Shown in pieces: positions 52,901 through 62,754 of a stretch of DNA of 62,754 nt. The DNA is from Stylophora pistillata (lineage: Eukaryota). The notes beneath the pieces are model-generated. The model ran no database searches and was not told the DNA's origin. It was given only the letters and a program-made list of their open reading frames with translations. The DNA is taken from the NCBI RefSeq assembly GCF_002571385.2, contig NW_019217814.1, forward strand, positions 362,417-425,170. The letters are read 5' to 3'. A program made the position numbers and the translations under genes. Numbering within the stretch: the stretch's first letter is position 1; each line of letters starts with the position of its first letter.

Positions 52901-55900
52901 TCTGCATATTAAGTTTGTTTTGATTTTAATCAGTTCATTTGGCTGTAGATATTTGTTAAATACCCCATTTGTGATTATAGTTGTCAAGGTTGGTTTTCTG
53001 GGATAGTGATGAAGATTTTCTTTACAAAGCTCTTAACTTAGTAGGACAAGAACATGCAGCAAATAAGAATGGTGAAGGAGATCACATCTTCATGAATAAA
53101 TGTTAGGACCCATCTATCTTCTAGCATAGCAAAGCAAATTGATACAGTCCCACAGATCTGCCAACTTCCAAACAGGAAGACATTAGTGTATAAGGGTGGT
53201 TCTAACTTGTCTGTAAAGTAAGTTGTCAGTATCAGTTTGCAAAAATGTGTATTGTTTGCATCTACTTTCAGTCCACCGAGTAAGATTGGAACTTAAAGAA
53301 GTAAAAGAATGCACATTCCCTCATAGTTAATATATTAACGTTCCTTTATTTAATTTTTTTTTTGTGGTTTAATTCTCCTAAATTGACCTTTGGGGTTGTT
53401 ATTGTTGACAGCTAGCCAAATAGTTCGAATTAGCACTAAGTTACTAGCACACTCATATCCTAATACATAGCATGGTTACAAATATTAGCACAACTTTTTG
53501 GCTACAATTTCAAAAGAGCCGCTCGTGACTAGTTGAATTTACGACCTACTTCAAAGTACTTAAGGATAGTTTTCTGCCAAGTTTGTGGTGAAACTGATAA
53601 CCATCCTGTGTGAATTGATCTGTATCAGTCAAAAGGTCATAATACATTTCTAAACTTGTATGGTTAAGAAATTTAAGGGCCAGATTAACCCTGGGAGAAA
53701 TTGTATTTTGTATCCTCTAATGTCATTATTATATTGGACTTCAGCATTTTTGAAAAGTTTTAATTTTGTTATAGAAAACTTGCAGGGCTTATTTTACAGT
53801 TAATCCGCTGATTAGCTTTGTGATGCAAGTTGATGTCTGTGTTCAACTGACCATTAACTACGATCATACTGGTTCGTGTCTATCAAGGTCCATTAGCGTG
53901 CTCAATGGTGTGACTGATTATATACCTAACAATAAAGCTTGTCTTTTCCCCTATATAGGTATATAACTGTCTGGAAGTACCTTTGTTGCATTAATACACT
54001 TGAATAAAAATAGTTTTGTAGACTGAGGTCAGAAGACACTATAATGCAAGTCATTTATTCACTCGATAGCACTCATGAAAGGCAGTCAATAGAGGGGCAC
54101 AACAATGCGAGAAAGCTAAATAGCTGTCCTTCTATAGTGTGCACTTTAAGATGCACATGTATTTGGCACTTGATCATACATGATGAAATTAATTTTTTGC
54201 ATAGAGAACATAATCAGCTGGCCTAAATAGCACAAAAGTTAGTGAAATATTTCATATATTTCTCTGTTTTAATTTCTTGTCAAAGAACTTGCATTGGACT
54301 TAAATTAGTTACAAGGGATAATAAAGTTCCTGTCTTTTTGGTATAGTGTAGGGCCATTTGTATTTCCAGCTTCATAATGATGCTAACCAACCAGCCAAAA
54401 GCTTCTAAAAGCTAATATTTTGTTAATTTCATTTGATATGATTGAACCTTGGAGCATTTCGTTATAGTTAGTCAGGATTTCCTATCATGATTGTTGCACA
54501 TTAAGCATGCTGAGCAACACAATTGAACAGTTAACTGGCATAAATCTGCCAGAATAAATTTTTATGATTGACTGACTGAGTCATTGAGTATATTGATGAA
54601 ATAAACAAAATTTTTTGAATTTTTCATTTTTGATCTGACTATGGTTAACAGTTTTGTAATTCTAAGAATTTGCTAACAAAAGATGACATTGAAGTTTTTG
54701 TTTTGAGGAAAGATTGTTGGTGGACCTTTCAGTTCTTGAGTCTTCAGAGTAGATCTTAGATTTCAGTGAATTGAAATGAAAACTTGTCATAAATTTGAAT
54801 GTAAATCATTATTTTATGATGCTGGTAAAATTCCCCAAGCTAGATCAAATCAGTGTAAACACTTGGACAAGTTAATTAAGGATTACTACCACTTGAAAAT
54901 CCAATTTGATTGTCTGAGAATTCCTTGTTAGGAATGGAACAGCATACATATTCCATTTGAGTTTACCAGAAAACCCAAAAATGGAAAATAATCATGGCGC
55001 CAGGCACATTATAAGTATCAACAAAGTCAACAAGGGTTAACATCTCCATTTGGAACTCAGCTGTTGCTTGATATATTTTTGATAATTTTTTTTCGAAAAA
55101 GTACACTATTTTTTGAAAAAATGAATGCAAACATACTTATATTGCAGCTACTCTAGCTGGTTTGTAGGTATTCCACTCAAATAGTGATAGATAATCATTC
55201 AGATTAAACATGAAATCATATAAAACTGTCTCTGGCAGGGGTCAATATCAGAATATTACAAAAAAGCATTGTTGAAAAGTGAAACTCAAACCTATTGATT
55301 ACCAAAATAAAGAACCAAATTTAGCCAGTAACCAGAGCTGTATTTAAACAAGGGACCTCTGTGTTGTGAGTACAGTGTGATACCATGCAAAGTTATAGTT
55401 ATAAAAAAGGGTGCTCCAGATTGGACAGAATACTCGAACAGGGATCATACAAGAAACCTACATTGCGTGTGAGACTTCGATGTTTTTTTAGATGCACTTT
55501 TAAAGGCAATATGCCTCAGATATGGATGTAGATGTGACTGTATATTACTCACTTTACTATTTTTGAACTTGAAATTGCCAGCACATTACCAAATAAATAG
55601 CAATTAAGGAACCTTGAATAGCATTGCCCTTCAAAATGCACATATATGCTTGACTGTTCTGTCTTTCCACACTAAATGCTGTATACATTCAATATACTAG
55701 GAAAAAGTACCCACATTTTTTATGTGAAGTGCATATGAGCTACCAAATATCACCCATTAGCCTAATGGAACTGATCTCTTCCCAAGTTGATGTGTTTTTC
55801 TTTACTCTGATTACCTGCTGTGACTTGTGAGTTAAAAGAACGGTGGTTTTCTTAATAGGAAATTTGCACATTTCATAACATTATTTGATAGCCCACTCTT

Positions 55901-57489
55901 GTTGTCATTCGACTTCTACACTTATGGTGATTACCATAAACATTCCTGATATTACAACTGTATGTATGTCAGAGTATCAAAGCAATACCTTGTTGTTATT
56001 ATATTTAATGATTTGATATCAAAATTTAGAGATGATCGGGTCAGTATCATAAATATTAGGTATGAGAAATGAAGCTTTGTAATCTTTAATAAGTAGAGGG
56101 TGGATTTCTCTATATTGTGAGGAGCAAACAAAAGCAACAAGAATACATATTTAATTTGACAAAATAAAGATCACACAGGGTCAGGAATAATGATGGATCA
56201 AACTTAAATCACATGTTGGGCTGTTTTAATTTCATTTTTAGTTGTTGTTGAGTAAAATGAGATGAAGCATTTATTGGAATACAGTTTTTAAAATTTAGGT
56301 ATAATTTAAATAATTTGAACACTCATATTACCTGTTGCATGTAAAATTTGTGTTGTGGAATCCTTATCATATATGAGTTTATTTTTGCCCAAGTTAGAGC
56401 TGTAAAACGTGATACAAGGACTATGTTACACCACAGTATTTTAAATGCAACATAGCCGTGTATCCCATGAAAAGGGGCTATTAATTAGAGATCTTCCTGT
56501 TGGCAAGAAGAAGTCTATATTAATTAAATTTTCCTGTACTTTATATTTGAAAATACAAGTGTCAGTTTTCAGTTCATGATACTTTTATTATAACCTAAGG
56601 ATTGCTAAATGATTATGTCTGTGGCGTACTTCTAACCGACTTATGGATAGCGAAACGCTTTGGCTCTGTTTATCATATCATTAATTTGGTTTTATCAACT
56701 GACTTGATAAATGTAAAATTGCCACCATATAGAGTTTCTAAACTGACGTTTCAAACTTTAGCCCTTCGTCAGAGCGATGAACAAAGAGCTAACTCTCGAA
56801 ACATCAGCTTAAAAACTCTTCGGTGGCCATTTTATATTATCAAACTCATTTGATAAAACCAACTATCTTGTTATACTCTCCCACAGACGTAGCACCACTG
56901 TTACATAAGAAACTTACCCCTTTATTCATGTATCTTATCGTTCGTTTTGTTTCTATTTTTTAAGCTGTACGAGTTGGGTACTGAGCCAGAAAGGAAAGAA
57001 TTTTTGGATGATTTGTTTACGTTTATGCAGAAAAGAGGTAAGATAGTCTGAAACTTTCCATCTAGAGGTCAGATGATGCCAGGAAATTCGTCATTATTTC
57101 TATTTTGTAAATGGTTGCAGGAGTTCTTCCCTGGCCGTTAAAATGTTGCATATTTCATAAAGCTTAAGTGAGCTTATNTCTATAATATCAAGAAATGGAT
57201 AGACATTCTAGTCTTCTCGGATAAGGACGAATAAACCGTAGGTCCCGTCTCCTGCATCTATTAATTAGTTAATTTGGTTAGGCAGGGGACGTTAAAGAAC
57301 CCACTCACGAGACTACTGTGATGTGGTCTGGCCTGTTTACTCGGAATTGGGGGGGGAGTGGGCATCTTCAAATAATTTTCCTTCGATTGTTTGTAAACTG
57401 CTGATGCAGTCCGGCCAAAGTCCCCCGAAAAGTGTTGTGATGCGCATTTGATCATATCCACATGTTAATTTGCGAAATATAAATATTAA

Positions 57490-57537
<48 letters not shown>

Positions 57538-60500
57538 AAATTGAAAGTCCCGCACAGTTGAGCATGATTTTGATACATAAATTTAAATGATGAAGATGCC
57601 AACCTACCTGGTTGTCTTTTAACAACCTGGAGTCACATCGAAAGATCATAAAACGTTTGAATTTTTTTTTTGCTTTAACATTACCATTTTATGGTGGTAA
57701 AAAAATTCATGACTACCATACTAAAACCTAAAAATTCTAATCCTAACAAGTTTGTTTACCGAGTCCCTCAGAGAATAGTTTGATTCATTTCGCTTTATAA
57801 ATTTAGACTTGAGATATTCGGGAACCAGCCCGTTTAAAGACTTGAAAACCATTAAGGCGGTCTGAATTTGACGTTGAGATTTCAAGTCTTTCCAGCTAAG
57901 TTTGTGAAACAAAGAATCAACATCTACGTCATAGTTTGATGAAGTTAATACACGCACTGTAGCACGGTTTTGTAGTTTTTGTAGCTTGTTAGATAAAGTT
58001 TTGCCACAATTACCCCAGACTAGGCTGCAGTGATCAAAAGGAGAAGTGAGCTGTATATACTGAGCAGGGTGGACTGAGGCACAAATGGCTTAACTCGCTT
58101 TATGGCTCCAATTGCAGAAGCGAACTTTTTACTCAGCTTTTACTCAGCTGTGGGAATGCCACATTAGATTTTCATCGATATATATTCCAAGTGATTTCAA
58201 AAAGGAAACTTGTTCAATCAGAACGTTATCAACGCAGTGTCTCAGATAGAGTACTTTAAAATCTTTGCCTGGAGCCGATCAATATAAATTCAGTTTTTGT
58301 AGCGTTCACGGTAAGTCACTAAGACACAAGCCATTTGCTTAGCTTTTCAAGGTCGTGAGATTTTTTGTGGTTAGCGGCGGTGGAAGAATTTGATAGGAAA
58401 CCTTGTACTTGTGACAGGGTAAAAATTTTTATTTTTGTTTTAATGACATACTTTTTGATTTTTTTAAATAGGTACTCCAGTAAACAGAGTTCCCATAATG
58501 GCTAAGCAAACATTAGATCTCTTCAAACTGTTCAAACTTGTCGTTGAAAAGGGAGGGCTTGTCGAGGTGAGCGACGCTGGAAATTTTCGTTTCAGTATTT
58601 GATACTTTATACCTTCGTGCTTTCTATATTCTGTCTACGATTCATCATTGAATTCGGTGTTGCTTAATCTTATTTTCTAGGTAATAAACAAGAAAATCTG
58701 GCGTGAGATTATTAAAGGACTAAGTCTTCCAGCATCAGTTACGAGTGCAGCTTTCACGCTTCGAACACAGTGAGTAAAGTTCCATAAGTATGAGCTTTTT
58801 ATTTTTGTTATTCTATTTTGAATTGTTGAAAAGTGTGATTAAATAGACCGTCACATACAATATGATTTCAAAGAAATTTTGATAGTCTTGGATGCAAAGT
58901 GGTGTTGGATTGGTTTTGCTGTGCTTCGCTCTTTGATTGAGCACGAAAACTCGCATCTCCCTCTCAGCCAATCAGATTCAAAACTATATGACTATGTGTG
59001 ATAGTTTGATGAGTTTTCCCGTGCTTAAGATACTTGATTAGTCTTCAATTTGAATCCTCATCACTTCACTGTGATGGACTTTGACAAGAGCCTCAAATGA
59101 ATTGCGCTTTGTTACCTTACATAGACATGTACACGAAATTTTCAAACAATTTTCCCAATTCTTTCATTTACATTTGTAACACTATTTATTAATTAAGACT
59201 TTTTACGCTAGATACATGAAATATCTATATCCATATGAATGCTCAAAGAAGAAGCTATCCTCTCCAGCCGAACTTCAAGCAGCTATTGACGGAAACCGTC
59301 GTGATAGCCGAAGATCATTTGGCTCGTTTCTGTCCCAAGCCGTGCCATCGGACGGCCCACATCCATACAACAGTCCAAGTCCAACAACAACACCGCCTGC
59401 CTTTACGTCCAGCAACACCTCTCCAGGGCTTCCTCATAGGTCAAGTCCAGGCCCTTCAGCTTCCAACCATGACGTGAGTTATCCCTCCAAATTCAGTTTA
59501 TTGTTTATAACCAAGTACTTCTGGTGAACAATATAAGGCTGGTAATAACTGAAGATAAATTTGCTAGTTTTTATAAAACAGTAGTTGCTTATTTCAAGGA
59601 GCTTTTGTTAAAAAAGAATTGTTGAGAGCAACTTTTTTCGTTTTGGTTGTTTTGCTTTTAACAAGAACTTGTTCGCAAAGTTATGATAGTTGTACGTTAA
59701 AGGTGCCGTCCCAAATATGATAATCATCTTCTTTTAAAGGTGCATGTACCTCCATCAGTCCATGGCAACAATGGCGTTGCTATGCTTCACTCTCCGGGCG
59801 TTGTTCAATACAGCCCAAAGCGTTCGTCGAGCGTGACCGAGGTGACGTCACGAGGGGTTTCCTCGTCACCATCCGATGCGTCACCATGCGGTTCACCAGT
59901 CAAGAAGTTTGCTGCGGTTAATGAACGAAGCAATAAACCAACACCGACTCAGCTTCCCTGGACACATATTAAAATACAAACTCAACCCAAAGGTAAAAAT
60001 TCCTTTTTATCGCCTGGATTTATGTTTTCATTCCTGTTCTTCTCATACTTACTTGTAAGTGTTGAAATGCTTTTAACTTCTTCAAGGCAGAAGAGGGTAT
60101 TACACCTAGTACTTATTCAAATTTAAGGCTCAGCCTCGAGATTCTAAATGTGCGTTTCCATAAGGTAGGTTCTTTTTGTACTCCAAAATTTCGCAAAGGG
60201 CATTATCACTAGAAATACAGCAAAATCTTCACTGAGCGTATATTTGGATAAAGACCAGAACATACGTGGCATCGTGTAGCGTAAAAACGACTAGGAGTGG
60301 GTGACTGCAAATCGATTAAAATCATTTCTCTTTCTCTTGCTCAGGTATGTCACAAGGCGGCCAGTTCCAGTTTCCAGATCCCGAACGATCATCACGCGGT
60401 CGCGAGCCGAGGCAGTTACCGCTGACTCTTCTGGACCAAGTGAGCGACAACTCATTGCTTGTGTCTGTAGAGCTCAATGGTGTGGTTTACCAAGGGGTTT

Positions 60501-60553
60501 TGTTTGCTCGGCAAAATCGACCGGACTCGCCGAGAAGTAACGAAGACTACTAA
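49942..60553 (+). CDS. ARID3: ARID3/dead ringer family transcription factor; exons 49942-50340, 56965-57037, 58472-58566, 58681-58769, 59212-59473, 59740-59992, 60345-60553
   Basis: Extended ARID WTFEEQFKQLYEL...RKEFLDDLFTFMQKRGTPVNRVPIMAKQTLDLF...GGLVEVINKKIWREI...TSAAFTLRTQYMKYLYPYEC...ELQAAIDGNRR, and REKLES-beta-like VSVELNGVVYQGVLFA. All phases are consistent. The start codon is uncertain because TTTTGCAG near 49953 may be an acceptor. Confidence 0.95.
56690..56925. mobile_element. Degenerate Penelope-like inverted fragment with hammerhead motif
   Basis: Minus-strand TCTGACGAAGGGCTAAAGTTTGAAACGTCAG at 56743-56773 faces a plus-strand GAGCTAACTCTCGAAACATCAGC. The tail resembles the 22.9 and 26.8 kb elements. 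Confidence 0.6.
57490..57537. repeat. (ATT)n microsatellite
   Basis: About 16 perfect ATT units. Confidence 0.95.
57745..58340 (-). mobile_element. Degenerate non-LTR retrotransposon fragment (CR1/L2-like) in an ARID3 intron
   Basis: LTVNATKTEFILIG, SLGIYIDENL, DHCSLVWGNCGKTLSNKLQKLQNRA, ALMVFKSLNGLVPEYL, YSLR, with frameshifts. Confidence 0.85.
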
Positions 60554-62754
60554 CTCAAGTATGATGTTCCTACTCCTCAAATATATGGGCATTAGTGTAG
60601 GATTTAGAGCGGTTTTAGACTGACTTTTATAAAATTGAATTGCCATGTGAATGTAATTTGAGTCTTGCACGGTAAAACATGCGATTAGTGGAAGAAAGGT
60701 TAATAGCGCGAAAGACTGGCCATGCCTCACTCACATCTCACTGACTGTAGGGTCCAAGTGGCAGAACTTACATCTCAATGAAATCATAAAAACCATGACA
60801 TGGTAGCCAGGAGCCGCTTTGTGTTAAATGCCTGTTAGTAAGTAGTGTGTAGAAAAAGGGTACTTCAAGTGACCACGTCCGCTTGACGTCACTAGACGGG
60901 CGAAGTCATTTCACTCTACCCTTTCACTGAGTTTTTAAGCCGCATATTCTTCAATAATTATCACCGTTAAGACTCACCTACATTTTTGTAAGTCAGTGTA
61001 GTTCGTAAGTCCTACCGGCCTCTTGATATCATCAGTTTATGATATTTCACGCAAGACGAGTATTATTCTAAAATTCGGTTACTTTTCAAATTTTTTTTTT
61101 TTCGTATTGTATATTTATCTTCTTCATACCTAAGCTCTTCTGAAATGTTGACTTGTTCAGGAAATCCACCCCTAAACGAGAATTAGGGTAAATTTAACGT
61201 ACAATGTAGCAATTTTATCATTGTCTTGTGAATGAGAAGCAAGATCAAACAAGTTTGAGTGTTTTGAGACAAAACGTTGGATTGTGATATCTGGTTCAGA
61301 TTATTTTTTCTGCGAGTGCATTACATAAACCTGGTATATGATTTCAAATAAATCGGAAAAATGTTTGTCATATTTTGACTTTTTTGTACTTTGATATGAA
61401 ATGTCGAGGAGAATGCCTCTTACTGAATATACTATAATGTTAATGTTTAAACCTAATTGTAAATCATTTCTCCTGTCGTATCTTTATATAGGGCTCCTTC
61501 GGAGACCTACTCAGTCTTGACTCTCTACCTTTAAAGAATACATGCACCCACTGTAAATACTTGACTTCCGGTTATAATCTTATTTTTCCTCTCCTGGTCA
61601 TAGCTGGTAATATCTAAATTCTATTCGTGAATCTATACTGTTGTTACTATAATTTGGAGCGAAAAAGACATTCCTTTGCTGTAAAATAATTTCTATTACT
61701 ACTTCGAGGGTGTTACTGCTGTTGCACCAGTTTTAAAACAAAAGAAAAAACCTGTACTTCTTCTCCCTTTTTTACGAATGCTGATCCCCATGCAGTTTTC
61801 TACGGCATTTCTATCGTAAAATTGTTTTGGGTTTTCTATTCACTTTGAATTTTCTTTTTGATCAATTCAAACGATTAATGGTAACACCCTCGACTTTGTA
61901 TCTTTCGAGCTGTCCTATCGAAACTGTATTTGGAGAAGGGTGTACATTTAAAGGATAAACTTAATTTACTTATACGGAATTACTCTAGACTTGTTCTGTT
62001 ACTGGCTCTTAGGTATTTGAATGCGTGTTAACATCCACACTATTATCATTATTGTAATAATGGTACGTAGAATATAGGTTGGTTAGTGTTTTTTTTTTTT
62101 TTGTTATTATTGCGCCATATATTTAGCAGTGGCGTCAACTTACTTATTCCTCTGCGCTCTTTGGTGTGCTGTTTTAAAATGTTATTAATGCTGAGATTTT
62201 AATTTATCTTTTATTGTTTAATGCTAGAAAAACTACCCAAGAGATAAATCTTCGTATCTGTGATGATGATAATAAGATTCGTTTACCTTGTAGGTAGGAA
62301 TATACTCGTCCATATATTCTAGTTAACTAGTTTTGTTCAAAACACTTTGTGGGGATTTTTATCGTCACCACCATCATCATCATCATCATCATTATCATCA
62401 TAATTATTATTATTTTTATTATTATCATTACTTTAATATATACCGAATTCCGCTGAACGCATCGATCCTATGTGAATATTTTTATAACTGAATCAATAAT
62501 GAAGGATTGCGTATGTACACATGTACAAATAAAAGTAACAGACCTTAGACTGTTTTGTTATTTACTGTAAGCTTTAATTCTCTACCTTGTGTTCCAAATC
62601 TCCTTCTCCACCTTGGAGTCCCTTTGGATGAAAAGGTCTTTTCATTTATCTCGCGTGCTCATCTAAAAAGAAGGGCCCGACTGCGTTAAAAGATTAAAAC
62701 TAGGATTTGGGAATCACGGATCAGACAGGAAAAGAATGAGAAGGCTGGTAAAAA

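Overview
AT-rich, intron-containing animal genomic DNA. The repeat families and gene content suggest an anthozoan, probably a stony coral (inference). There are N gaps at 16551-16561 and 20397-21071. From left to right the window holds: (1) a cluster of four synaptotagmin-like TM-C2 paralogs at 2.1-22.2 kb, two of them interrupted by in-frame stops in otherwise intact frames; (2) a 4-exon, 405-aa secreted protein that fuses a bacterial T6SS Tae4/Dae4-type amidase domain to a complete Hedgehog-type Hog (Hint + sterol-recognition) autoprocessing domain, which is the most interesting locus; (3) a 6-exon type II membrane protein with a furin site before a papain-fold (C10/C39-like) domain whose catalytic Cys is replaced by Ser; (4) a tRNA-like gene; (5) a complete ARID3/dead ringer transcription factor gene. 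Interspersed elements include a SINE, LINE fragments, MITEs and Penelope-type elements carrying minimal hammerhead motifs. Exon structures were built by hand from GT/AG sites and phase matching. Family assignments come from remembered motifs, not database searches.
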